From an uncultured virus (IMG/VR IMGVR_UViG_3300029953_000002) (taxonomy: Duplodnaviria; Heunggongvirae; Uroviricota; Caudoviricetes), in IMG/VR virus record IMGVR_UViG_3300029953_000002: a DNA stretch of 41,879 nucleotides. One strand, written 5' to 3'. Below are positions 19,680 through 29,244 of this stretch, piece after piece. The first letter of the stretch is position 1; each line of letters starts with the position of its first letter. The notes under the pieces were generated by a model. It ran no database searches and was not told where the DNA came from. It was given only the letters and a program-made list of their open reading frames with translations. Made by a program: the position numbers and the translations under genes.

Positions 19680-20904
19680 AGCCTACTACTGACAAAATTG
19701 AAAGTGATACAGTGGGGATGTTCGGATCAGTTTTTATTTTCGTAACAAACATTGCTTGTGCTGACCCGCGTTCCAAACTCGGATTTCTTTGAAATATCAC
19801 AGGTATGCCCTTGTATGGACATTCATTAATTAACAACTGAAACAGTTCATCTAACAGTGGATGATACTTTTGTGAATGTTCGTTTAGAAATGCTTTTGCA
19901 CCATTGGGAGTAAATCCTCTACGCAATAGTTTATTCGTTAAATGAATACCTAATACGGATACTCCAATACCCCACGGGACATGCAATTCATCATAATCGT
20001 GATTCGCTGTAAGCGATGAAATCACTGCTCTGAAACTAAAATGTGATCTAGTTCCAAATACATGTTTTCTAAATATTCCTTCTTTTTTAGCTAATGTAAA
20101 ACGATATAAATCGTCATAAAAATCAGACAGTTGATAAATTGCTTTAATCGTCCTATTTTGTTTTGTTCTAACGGAATGATTTGCCAATAAATTATCAATG
20201 CTACACATGGTGCGGATCGCGTCCACTGCTCCTGTTACAATTGGATCAACATATGTTCCTACGGTTGTTTCCTCAATAACCAATAGGGAACGATTAGGCA
20301 ATGGCAGATAGTCAGAGAACACACAAGATCTTTGCTCTCTCAACAATTGTTCTAAAGGTTCTTCTACGCCTTTCTTTGCTCTGAATCCTTTTACATTAAA
20401 TAACGATGCGATAATACTATCAAAGTTATCAACAAAATTATTATAACCTCGTTGGATTCCTAGCTCTTGTACAGTTTCCATAATTGCCGGAACTTTGACA
20501 GCTGGGTGATATGTACTGTCAGCTATCCATCGAATAATGTCGTATCCAGATTTTGAAAACTTTTCGGATAACATTGTTAACACAATTGGATTGATAAGTT
20601 TACTCACTCCTTCTGGCGCTCTAATCCAAACTAACGGCTCAAGATCTTGTTCTAAAGGTGCCTTTACGAATGTTCCGCATTGTTTACACTTCACACCAAC
20701 GTTATGTTCTCCCTTTATTTCCTGGCATTCGCAAGTAGGCAAATTACTAAGAAGATCGGTATTGTATTTGGTGTAAATCATCGCATTAAAAGCTTCTTTA
20801 TCTATTTCAGAACCTTCTGATACGTTGTTAATAATGATTGGTTCTTTAGTGCTATATTTTGAAAACAGTTCATCAAAGTTTACGAGTTCCAGTGAAATTC
20901 CTAT
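19680..20904 (-). CDS. nvRNAP beta' catalytic subunit (phiKZ gp55/56.1-like), exon 1
   Basis: Zn ribbon CEC...CKQC, KKEGIFRKHVFGTRSHFSFRAVIS, QRNPSL; frame open upstream to ATA 20904 behind AGGAG; spliced CDS 1225+20+228 = 1473 nt (490 aa). Confidence 0.9.
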
Positions 20905-20935
20905 GATGTTCTCCTGTGGATTTTAAATCAGAGGC

Positions 20936-20968
20936 AAAAAAGAGTGAGATTTTACTCTCACTCTTTTT
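20936..20968 (-). terminator. Terminator-like hairpin after chimallin
   Basis: AAAAAGAGTGAGA / TCTCACTCTTTTT. Confidence 0.7.
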
Positions 20969-20996
20969 GTTACTTACACTATGCCGCTATACTACT

Positions 20997-22859
20997 TTAC
21001 TGCCAGCGGCTGAAACCACGATTTGCACCAGACGGTGTCGCGTTTTGATTATAACCACTGCGGAAGATACCGCTCGATTCAGGGGTCAACAAAGTATGAC
21101 CCGAGAACTGTGAGCGAGCACGTTCGTAATTACCAAGATCCTGATACGAGTATACAGGCTTCAGAACCAAACCAGCTTCTTGGCAACCCTTAACTAGTGC
21201 GTTAATGAAACCGACTTCAAACGTGACGCGGCGAGCGTAGCCTGTGAATACCGCGTTATTGCAAATTGATTGGATGATACGTTTCCGTTCATACAAGCGT
21301 TTCGGCAGAGGGATATGTGTGCTTGCAAAAGAATCAGACCACAACTTAATTGCACCTGGGTCTTGTGCGCCGACACAATTCAACACTGCCAAATAATCAA
21401 TATCGCGAATGTCTGCACGTTCACCACGAGAGTTCGTGTAATGACCCAGATGGATACGATTGTATTCATCAGTTGCGACACGGCCCTTTGGATCAAAATA
21501 CTTTACAAAGTTACCATTCGTAAGCTCGTTAGCGGCTTTAAGAATAGCGATATTTGCTTGGGTATTCCCAGCGGCAGCTGCCGAGAATACTTCATTGAAC
21601 CAGGTCTGAGCACCGCATTCCGGCACATCCAAGGACACCACAAGACCAGGACGAATTGTTGCCTTAACCAACTGCCCGAGATTTTCTGGTTTAAACTTAT
21701 CGGCATGTGTGTCAATGCGTTGACCAACGCCACTTGGATCATTGCTAAAGTTAACTTCGATGCCAATAGCACCGATATCACGGAAGTCTACGTCGCCAGA
21801 AGGAAAATCCCTTGGACGGAAACCTTGAACCCAAGCGTTGTTTTCGCCGAGGCCAACGACTGGAACTAGCGCCAATAATTGCGCTGGAATAGTAAGCAGT
21901 TCGGTTGATTCCATCGTTGTTGCAACAAACCGAGCAGCGTAACGCTGAAAAGATTGTTGTGTTGGATCTGGAATACCGTACAAGTTTTGTGGCGCAACGA
22001 TAGGGTCCCAGAAGATATCCAGGAAACCACCAATTCGCGCGATAGGTGCTTCACGTCCAGCATCTTGCTGTTGTGTTTGTTGCGACTGCACTGGTGCAGC
22101 GGTAAAATCCAATACGATATCACTGCGCAATGGCGCACCGACCGCATCTTGTTGTTGTGGCATTGCAAACTGTGTTCGCACTGACAAAGTGGAATCATTC
22201 TTAGCGTTTGCAATATTGATATCTTCAAAGTTCTTGCTATTAATTTCAAGCTCAGAAGTACATGCAAAAATAGCATTTGCAATCAATACGTGCAATGCCG
22301 ATTTGTCTTCAACGTTAAAGTCCTTAGGAACAACACAAGCACCTGCGTTACGTGGTGTGTCTTGCGGAAACAACCGCTGAACGTAACCAAGCACAACACC
22401 CTTCAAAGTATCGTTGCAGGAATCACCAGCAGTATAGAGAATCTCAACGGATTGACCGTTAATCATTTCTGGCTTAGGTGTGCGAATATCCGCAGACGCT
22501 TCGAGCAACAACGAGTGATACGCAACACCCAACAATGGGTTCTGCTTATCACGAACAGCGAGAATCAAAATAGAAATCGACAAGTTTGGTGTTTGTTCTT
22601 TTTCAATTGGAACCAAATTGATTTCAAAACTCTTATCGGCTTTTTCTGTGATCATCTCAGTCATTGCTTTGGTGATCTTGTTCAATGCTTCCGATGCCTG
22701 TGTGCGACTGAATGCAGGCCGTGACAACTTGCGCAGATTGGTGAAGCTGTACCCAGTGCTATCGGCTTTGGTTTGATGATCACGATTAGGTGCAAAACTA
22801 CCAGTAGGGTTGTTTTGAACTTCTGCACCATTGCCAGTACTTTCGTCTTTAATAGCCAT
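20997..22859 (-). CDS. chmA: Chimallin, major phage nuclear shell protein (phiKZ gp54-like)
   Basis: 620 aa directly upstream of the gp55-like RNAP gene; flexible N- and C-terminal tails; relatively GC-rich coding sequence; own early motif and terminator. Confidence 0.85.
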   Translation of the reverse strand: MAIKDESTGNGAEVQNNPTGSFAPNRDHQTKADSTGYSFTNLRKLSRPAFSRTQASEALNKITKAMTEMITEKADKSFEINLVPIEKEQTPNLSISILILAVRDKQNPLLGVAYHSLLLEASADIRTPKPEMINGQSVEILYTAGDSCNDTLKGVVLGYVQRLFPQDTPRNAGACVVPKDFNVEDKSALHVLIANAIFACTSELEINSKNFEDINIANAKNDSTLSVRTQFAMPQQQDAVGAPLRSDIVLDFTAAPVQSQQTQQQDAGREAPIARIGGFLDIFWDPIVAPQNLYGIPDPTQQSFQRYAARFVATTMESTELLTIPAQLLALVPVVGLGENNAWVQGFRPRDFPSGDVDFRDIGAIGIEVNFSNDPSGVGQRIDTHADKFKPENLGQLVKATIRPGLVVSLDVPECGAQTWFNEVFSAAAAGNTQANIAILKAANELTNGNFVKYFDPKGRVATDEYNRIHLGHYTNSRGERADIRDIDYLAVLNCVGAQDPGAIKLWSDSFASTHIPLPKRLYERKRIIQSICNNAVFTGYARRVTFEVGFINALVKGCQEAGLVLKPVYSYQDLGNYERARSQFSGHTLLTPESSGIFRSGYNQNATPSGANRGFSRWQ

Positions 22860-22933
22860 GTTATCTATTCCTTTGTTTATAAAGATTATTTCATTGTAGT
22901 TTGCGCAAACACAATGGTCATTAAACCTATGTG

Positions 22934-22956
22934 CTCACTTTAGTGATATATGACTG
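22934..22956 (-). promoter_or_regulatory. Early-promoter-like motif upstream of chmA
   Basis: Minus strand CAGTCATATATCACTAAAGTGAG. Confidence 0.75.
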
Positions 22957-23089
22957 TATTTGTTTCGAATAAAGCCATATTTGTGCTATGCAATTATAGC
23001 CCCACTAGCCAGCGGTATTAACGCTGGCGTATGGATTATGGATTTGATTTTAGTCATTTCCTATACAATAGGACCAAGTTAGTATTTTT

Positions 23090-23263
23090 TTACTTAAATG
23101 ATACTTTATAAGTTTGTTGTATTTTCTTCCGTTTATTCTGGTTCCTCCAGTTTGTTTTTGCTTCATCTTTAGATTCACCAAGCGCGTAGAACTCACCTTC
23201 AGTATAGCGCCATCCATCTTTTGTTAATACGAAATATCCATCACTATTATATTCATTGTTCAT
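23090..23263 (-). CDS. Small hypothetical protein (57 aa, below track cutoff)
   Basis: MNNEYNSDGYFVLTKDGWRYTEGEFYALGESK...; ATGA overlap with the upstream stop. Confidence 0.6.
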   Translation of the reverse strand: MNNEYNSDGYFVLTKDGWRYTEGEFYALGESKDEAKTNWRNQNKRKKIQQTYKVSFK

Positions 23264-23967
23264 TTTTTATTACTGAGCCGCTCTGCCATTGTTTTCCTAA
23301 CGCCATGCCACTCGTATTGAATTGTTCTATCTATGGCTAGTTTTTCATTACCTTCTATAATCTGGTTTTCATTTGTGTAACGAGCACCTGCTTGTTTAAG
23401 TAGTTCGTCTAACATTGCTTCGTTATGCGATTCAATAAAGAAGTTGCTGTGATAGAAAATACTACCAATTAAATGCGCTATTTGCTCAAGCCTATAAACA
23501 CGATTAGCTTCTTTCCATCTTTCTGCACAATCGCAATCGCACGGTGTAGATGCATCTTTAACAGCTTCGCCATGCCAAACACAATCTGCACTATGTTCCA
23601 CATCAACATCACAAATAGAAGTTGCAGCAATAGACGTTAAAGAATGCGTTACTTTAGCAGTTGTTTCAGTTATAGCCTTATTAACCTCAGCTGCTACGAT
23701 GTCTCGTATTTTCTCAGCGAACTTCACACTAAGATCATTTATAATTGGTGTCCCGTCTAAAAGTTTCCACCACATCGGATGACTGCGTTTATATTCTTCG
23801 AATATTTCATCAGCTTTTTGCATTGCTTGTACGAAATCCATTACTTCTCCTTTTTGTAGTGCTTTCTTTTTACACTTTAATAACAAACTAATTAAATCAC
23901 TATTATCTAATTTATCATGATCAATGAAACCAATCCATCGCAGAAAACAAAATAGGTAATATCTCAT
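23260..23967 (-). CDS. Hypothetical protein (possible internal start at 23841)
   Basis: 235-aa ORF; AAGGAG RBS in front of MDFVQ; HSADC...CDCDC metal-binding-like segment. Confidence 0.65.
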   Translation of the reverse strand: MRYYLFCFLRWIGFIDHDKLDNSDLISLLLKCKKKALQKGEVMDFVQAMQKADEIFEEYKRSHPMWWKLLDGTPIINDLSVKFAEKIRDIVAAEVNKAITETTAKVTHSLTSIAATSICDVDVEHSADCVWHGEAVKDASTPCDCDCAERWKEANRVYRLEQIAHLIGSIFYHSNFFIESHNEAMLDELLKQAGARYTNENQIIEGNEKLAIDRTIQYEWHGVRKTMAERLSNKK

Positions 23968-24305
23968 TAATTTATTCCTAAGCCAACTATAATATCATGT
24001 TTGCTCTTAAACCAGTGTCTACCATTAGAAATAATTACATCTCCAACTTTCCAATCGGTAATCACTATTTCTGTTTTTGTCTTTTTATCAAACGATTTAA
24101 TTGGTGTGCTACCAGGATAATCAATTACTAGATAGTATCCAATTGGTTGAGGATCATCGTACAGCTTAGGTATATCCGCTTCAGCGTCCCAACGACCACA
24201 TGACGTTAACATACCTAAATCAATAATCTCTTGCACCTCTGGTGAGTAATTAGGTGGTAAATCTGGCGGGGTAAATCCACTACCGTCGTTCCAATCATTA
24301 ACCAT
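23967..24305 (-). CDS. Small protein with tail-fibre-type GxW[ND]A...W.VGD module
   Basis: CGRWDAEADIPKL...GYYLVI...DWKVGDVIISNGRHW. Confidence 0.65.
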   Translation of the reverse strand: MVNDWNDGSGFTPPDLPPNYSPEVQEIIDLGMLTSCGRWDAEADIPKLYDDPQPIGYYLVIDYPGSTPIKSFDKKTKTEIVITDWKVGDVIISNGRHWFKSKHDIIVGLGIN

Positions 24306-24576
24306 TATTTTCCTCTTTTATATAATGTTTTTCTAACTGTTTAACAACCATCTTGTAAGTTAAACCGCACCATTCATTACCGTCAAAGAAAACAACATCG
24401 CCTGTTTTCCATAAAGTAATACCGTCAAGATTTGTTTTACCATCGTAGCTTATTTTATACCAGTTTCCAATTTCACCAATTCCCGACATGAGATTGGGAC
24501 AATTTGCAGACGCGTTCCATGTGCCGCAATAAGACGGAACTACACCCGTAGCTTCCATGATGGTGGATACAATCAT
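24298..24576 (-). CDS. Small protein with tail-fibre-type GTWNAS module
   Basis: YCGTWNASANCPNLMSGIGEIGNWYKISYDGKTNLDGITLWKTGDVVFFDGNEW. Confidence 0.7.
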   Translation of the reverse strand: MIVSTIMEATGVVPSYCGTWNASANCPNLMSGIGEIGNWYKISYDGKTNLDGITLWKTGDVVFFDGNEWCGLTYKMVVKQLEKHYIKEENNG

Positions 24577-24625
24577 TCCGATACCCTCATTTTATAGTTG
24601 AGATAATAATTTACTGGATGCTTAC

Positions 24626-25717
24626 ATGCAAAACATATTCAATCTAGTACAAAATGTAGAACAAGCCATAATTAAGTTTCCTGAATGGAACTATATCCGA
24701 AGTGGATTAAGAAGAAATCTAAATAACATTATTAGTTTCTATAGGACACACTCGATGGCTGTTGATTCATCACATTTTTTAATCCGTATTCTTGAATCTA
24801 TCACTGTGCCACAATCAATGAATTTAGAAAGGTATTACGCGAATGTAGACGCGGGGTCATTAAATGTGTCAATGGCGTTAAAATTAACCAGTCCTGTTTT
24901 CAGAGGGCAGATATTTAATGGGATATTTTACGGTCCCGGTAACACAGAAATATTAATTGGACATGATGAAAGTTTTGATCCATTTGCAGCGCATGACGAT
25001 TGGGAAAACTTAGCACCTGTTAAAGTACTAAGACATCCAATATCACATTTAGGAATGAATATTCCTGATGGCAAGAGTAATGATACTGAAACTGGAATAG
25101 CTGTAATTGCAATTAATATACCGATGTTAGCTGTTCAGTATAGGGCGTTTCGTTTAAATGAAATAGAAGTTTGTGCTGAGACTGGAGATTCAGAGAAGAG
25201 CATCATGGAATTTATTAGGATGTATGTGTTGCCTAACATGATGACGTCACATTTAGATAATGTGATATTCAATCGCATTGATAAAATGCAAAGAGGAATT
25301 CCTTTTGGGAGCACGAAGAAACATCATTCGTTTTATTTGATGGATTGGACATGGCGTGTAGATTATGTACATAGTCGTTTACTTTTACAACTGAATGAAA
25401 TGCAGAGAGATTTTACTGGCATATTAAGATCTATTCAGTTAGTAACAGAACAATCTGTTGAAGATTTAATGTATTTTCCAGACTTATCTCCTACACGACA
25501 AATTCTTTGGGCGTTGGTTACTGCTAGAGTGAATGTTCTTTCATTTTTATATTCAGTAACAAAACACATGCAAGGTGATCGAAACGGTACAGAAACAAAT
25601 CGTATATTACGCGTATTAAATTCCTATGGTGTAGATAGCGCGTTACGACAAGCTTTGCCTACTGAAGCATATTTTGATGTAGCAAGTGAAATTGAATTTA
25701 TTGCAAGAGTAGCATAA
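24626..25717 (+). CDS. Conserved core protein (phiKZ gp52-like)
   Basis: 363 aa on the opposite strand between DNA polymerase and chimallin, as in phiKZ-like phages. Confidence 0.7.
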   Translation: MQNIFNLVQNVEQAIIKFPEWNYIRSGLRRNLNNIISFYRTHSMAVDSSHFLIRILESITVPQSMNLERYYANVDAGSLNVSMALKLTSPVFRGQIFNGIFYGPGNTEILIGHDESFDPFAAHDDWENLAPVKVLRHPISHLGMNIPDGKSNDTETGIAVIAINIPMLAVQYRAFRLNEIEVCAETGDSEKSIMEFIRMYVLPNMMTSHLDNVIFNRIDKMQRGIPFGSTKKHHSFYLMDWTWRVDYVHSRLLLQLNEMQRDFTGILRSIQLVTEQSVEDLMYFPDLSPTRQILWALVTARVNVLSFLYSVTKHMQGDRNGTETNRILRVLNSYGVDSALRQALPTEAYFDVASEIEFIARVA

Positions 25718-25754
25718 TAAATCCCATACCAAAAAAGGTATGGGATTTATGCCG
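25717..25754. terminator. Bidirectional terminator-like hairpin followed by TTTATGCCG
   Basis: ATAAATCCCATACC / GGTATGGGATTTAT between convergent genes. Confidence 0.8.
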
Positions 25755-25766
25755 GTAATTCTCGTA

Positions 25767-27914
25767 TCAGTAGAAATCACTTACTAATTTTGTTATCTTT
25801 TTATCAGTCATGTAAATGCCAAGACTCTCTAGGATAATGTAAAGAACTTTAGTGCTATCTGAAACAATTTTACGCACACCCACTACATCGAAAATCTCTT
25901 TCGGTATACCACCAGATGCTAGTATACTTTCTGGAAGAATAAATGTTTTACCTAAAGTAAGTTTATCATTCTTTAACATCCATGCTTCCATTCGTGCCGC
26001 TAATTCACGATCTTCCATATTCAGAAGCCACTCGCGGGTATGTGTTGGACTATTCACCTCAGCAGATATTTTGATACCGATATAGGGTGGTTTATTAACC
26101 ATGCCGTACTTCGGGCCAAATACTTCTTGCCACATCGTGTACTGCATGTAGTTTGCTGTTAACTCACCCCGCTTATAAGACTCAGCTGGTTTAATCTGTG
26201 ATCGTTTAAAATACTCAAACTTACCTTGCGCGATTGAACTGATAATATTTCTTTCAATATCACCCACTTGTTTTAATATCTGATCCCAGCTTAATTTCTT
26301 TTCTTTCAATATTTCATTCATGACAAACAACATTAATTTCTTTGCTTCTGCCATAACAAGTTTAGGCGCATTAGATGCCTTAAGATGCACGCCTTTAATT
26401 TCTGATTTGTACTTACTATAAATGTTTCCTTCTTGCGCTCCAATTAACGCAAAGTAATGCTTTGCTACTTGAGTTGGGGTAAAAACATCGAATTTAAATT
26501 CATTCTTCATCGCAATTTGAAATAGACGTTTCTTTTCAATTCCAAAATTAGTTGACATGATAGCAAGAACATGCGTGATAGTTTGCGATGCTAAGAAAAT
26601 CAATGCCGCAGCTACTGCATTTGAAACAGGATCAAAGGCATAACTTCCGCTATACCAAAGCACCCAATCTTGTACTGTAAAGATTGTTGAGTCTGTATCT
26701 GAAGTAACAACACAACGACGAATACTTTCTGGGAAATAAGCAACCGATGCCGGTACGTTCTTAGTAACCCAAAACGCTTTTATTAAATTCTTATATTCAT
26801 CAATAACGTTTATGATGTTTTCTACTGTTGAGGCATAAATCCCATACGCGGGTGTACCTGAAACATCCTTAACGTTAATAACTTCTTTTGTTGATTCTTT
26901 CTTTAAATCATCAGCACAAATCATTGAAGCAAAATTACAAATATCGTCAGTTGCTTTCTTAATTGCTGAATCTGGATCAGGATGAACCACATTAACTCTT
27001 GTTGATAATTTTGTAATGAAAATTCTTACTGCGTCATTATTAAATTTCATTAAATGATAAAGATCGCCTGTGTAGACAAAAGCTGATCGTTCTATTGGCG
27101 ACAGTGTTCTTATTAAGTCATCAATTCTTTTTTGTTGTGAGCGAGTCTTCCAATATAAATCAGTGGAGTAACGAACTGTTTCAATTGTTTCTTCAATCGA
27201 CGGATGGCGTAGCCCGAACTCGCACATTGCTTTTTCTATAGCAGAATAATCGCTGTGGTTGATAATACTGATAATGTTATTTCGAGTAATGTCGGCTGAC
27301 CAATAGTGTCTGTTGCCAGATATAAATTTTTCATTGTTAGCATTACCGTATCCTGAAGTAGATCTACAATTAGAAGTCAGCGTCGAGTGTGCTGTCTTGT
27401 TATTTAGAACTGTAGAAGAAGATACGTGCGCGCCAGATAAAGAATTATTAGCAAGCTTTTTATTAATCTGTTCTTTTTCTTTTATATCTTCTAAAAATTT
27501 ATTACCGGCTAATTTAGCAGCAAATTTCTCTTTTTTAGCTTTTCCGCGTGCTGCTACGTTACCATCAATAAAATCTACTAATAATGATTTCTTAACTTCT
27601 GGAGATAAATAAGTAGTAAGAGTTGGTGCTATCAAGTCGTTTTCTTTAACGGCACTATTGATATACTCAGATAACTTACCTACTTTTCTTTCACGATCTC
27701 CATTACGACCACGTTCTAGATAATGTATTTTTGGATCTTTAAATTCGAACTCTCCATTAGGTTTTAAAGATGTTATCACAAACTTAACACAGTCGTCATA
27801 AGGCTTCCCGGTCATATGTGCTAAATAACTGGCTGAGTCATCAACGTAGTGTTTAAAAATATTAACATCACGAACGTATTCATTCGTGTCTAAAATAAAA
27901 GGGTTATCGGCCAT
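25767..27914 (-). CDS. Family-B DNA polymerase, polymerase-domain subunit (phiKZ gp50-like)
   Basis: Motif B KKLANNSLSG, motif C VTSDTDS, KHY and EIKGV. Confidence 0.88.
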   Translation of the reverse strand: MADNPFILDTNEYVRDVNIFKHYVDDSASYLAHMTGKPYDDCVKFVITSLKPNGEFEFKDPKIHYLERGRNGDRERKVGKLSEYINSAVKENDLIAPTLTTYLSPEVKKSLLVDFIDGNVAARGKAKKEKFAAKLAGNKFLEDIKEKEQINKKLANNSLSGAHVSSSTVLNNKTAHSTLTSNCRSTSGYGNANNEKFISGNRHYWSADITRNNIISIINHSDYSAIEKAMCEFGLRHPSIEETIETVRYSTDLYWKTRSQQKRIDDLIRTLSPIERSAFVYTGDLYHLMKFNNDAVRIFITKLSTRVNVVHPDPDSAIKKATDDICNFASMICADDLKKESTKEVINVKDVSGTPAYGIYASTVENIINVIDEYKNLIKAFWVTKNVPASVAYFPESIRRCVVTSDTDSTIFTVQDWVLWYSGSYAFDPVSNAVAAALIFLASQTITHVLAIMSTNFGIEKKRLFQIAMKNEFKFDVFTPTQVAKHYFALIGAQEGNIYSKYKSEIKGVHLKASNAPKLVMAEAKKLMLFVMNEILKEKKLSWDQILKQVGDIERNIISSIAQGKFEYFKRSQIKPAESYKRGELTANYMQYTMWQEVFGPKYGMVNKPPYIGIKISAEVNSPTHTREWLLNMEDRELAARMEAWMLKNDKLTLGKTFILPESILASGGIPKEIFDVVGVRKIVSDSTKVLYIILESLGIYMTDKKITKLVSDFY

Positions 27915-27994
27915 TGTTGTTTTTTCCTTTTTCCAGTAGCAAATTATAAGTCGTGTAGATATTTTTTAAAGTTTTTAATCTTTAAAAAAGAAGA

Positions 27995-28410
27995 CGGCAT
28001 AAAAAAAAGGGTTCCAGTTGTTTAGACCGGAACCCATAAAAAGAATTATCTAGCGAGGAGAGCACTAGATAACGTGCGGCGACGCACACAACAAGATAAC
28101 ATTAACTCAGACAACTTTGCCTTGTTCAGCATCTCTACCCGAAAAGGAATAACGAGGAAATGCACAGACTAAGCTACATTGCCCATTTCATTAAGTTATA
28201 TATAAGGAGTAAAAATATAACTTAATGAACCTAGGAGTTAATGCTCTCTTAGCACTATTTCATTTGATAAATTTCAAACAAAACTTCTTAACAGTGATCC
28301 AACGGAGGTAAAAACCACTATTAAGCAAACCGGGTGTGCCAAACCCTTTACTGTCAAACAATTAATGTTCCCAATAAAAAATAACTGAAAAACATTAGTT
28401 GCTCTACATA
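27995..28410 (-). ncRNA. Candidate structured ncRNA with anti-Shine-Dalgarno loops
   Basis: No ORF of 60 aa or more; serial hairpins with loops UUUUACCUCCGUUGG, UUUUACUCCUUAU, UUAUUCCUUUU, CUCUCCU; ends in a terminator with U-run and TTTATGCCG. Confidence 0.6.
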
Positions 28411-28420
28411 CAATACATTT

Positions 28421-28819
28421 TTAACTTATACTGAGTGTGAACGCGTTATAACCGTTCGCTACTAAACAAGAATTGATACGCGCTATGTCTGCTTGACTAA
28501 CATTTGTAATTGTAGCTACAATTGTATTTGTCTCAGTTAACACCACGGTAGAATCGTTAATCCACGGAATACCAAGAACAACTGAAACTCCTGCGGTTGT
28601 TGTTATTTTAATATAGTTATACTGCTTTGGATCGTTTGGTGTTCCTACCGGAAGTGATGGATAAACAGCCACATGTATCGCCTGAATAGGTCTATCTCTA
28701 TTAGCCATTTCATAGTTCATAACGGCATCAACAACAGCATCGACATAACCAGAACCCAACACAGGAACAGCGAATAGATTAAACGTGTACGCTTGACCTA
28801 TTTGAAAGTTTGTAGACAT
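28421..28819 (-). CDS. Conserved small protein (phiKZ gp49-like by position)
   Basis: 132-aa beta-rich ORF upstream of the DNA polymerase gene. Confidence 0.7.
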   Translation of the reverse strand: MSTNFQIGQAYTFNLFAVPVLGSGYVDAVVDAVMNYEMANRDRPIQAIHVAVYPSLPVGTPNDPKQYNYIKITTTAGVSVVLGIPWINDSTVVLTETNTIVATITNVSQADIARINSCLVANGYNAFTLSIS

Positions 28820-28834
28820 GATGATCCTAAATTA

Positions 28835-29224
28835 TTAATTGAAGAATTTTTTAAGAACAATATCGTTCCCTAACATACAATCATAAGTGTATGGAAATTC
28901 TAATTGCCCTATTCTATTTTTTTCGTATGCGCCTAAATTACGCACTGCGTTATATATACCCATAGCCAAAATGTGCGTAGCGTTTTTTACAAGACTAAAC
29001 AAAATAGGATCAGATATATAAGAGGTATTGCGCATACGATTAAGTTCAGGAAGTCTAGATAAATCATTAAAACAATTTTCTTCCCCATCTAATAAGATAA
29101 AAATTATTTGAGTAATAATCTCTACCACATCATCTCTTCCAAATACATTAGCTGTTTTATTACAAAATTCTTTTACCAATTCTCTACTGTTCAGTATAAT
29201 GAGAACGTCTTTATTAGTCTGCAT
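28835..29224 (-). CDS. Paralogue-array protein
   Basis: N-terminal LIILNSRELV, C-terminal FPYTYDCMLGNDIVLKK. Confidence 0.7.
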   Translation of the reverse strand: MQTNKDVLIILNSRELVKEFCNKTANVFGRDDVVEIITQIIFILLDGEENCFNDLSRLPELNRMRNTSYISDPILFSLVKNATHILAMGIYNAVRNLGAYEKNRIGQLEFPYTYDCMLGNDIVLKKFFN

Positions 29225-29244
29225 GTTACATCACTATCTAATAT

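Noticed and set aside
19493..19792. Plus-strand 99-aa ORF as an intron homing endonuclease
   Set aside because: Antisense to the host gene, spans the exon-intron junction and has no HNH, GIY-YIG or LAGLIDADG motif
19669..20781. nvRNAP beta' gene as a truncated pseudogene
   Set aside because: The missing catalytic motif and C-terminus are recovered in frame by removing two group I introns
20916..22724. Several overlapping ORFs within or opposite chmA
   Set aside because: Shadow frames of a relatively GC-rich, codon-biased gene; no RBS or recognisable motifs
28046..28310. Plus-strand GGA-loop CsrB/RsmZ-like sponge
   Set aside because: Not excluded, but most G.U wobbles, the U-tailed terminator and local transcription direction favour the minus strand
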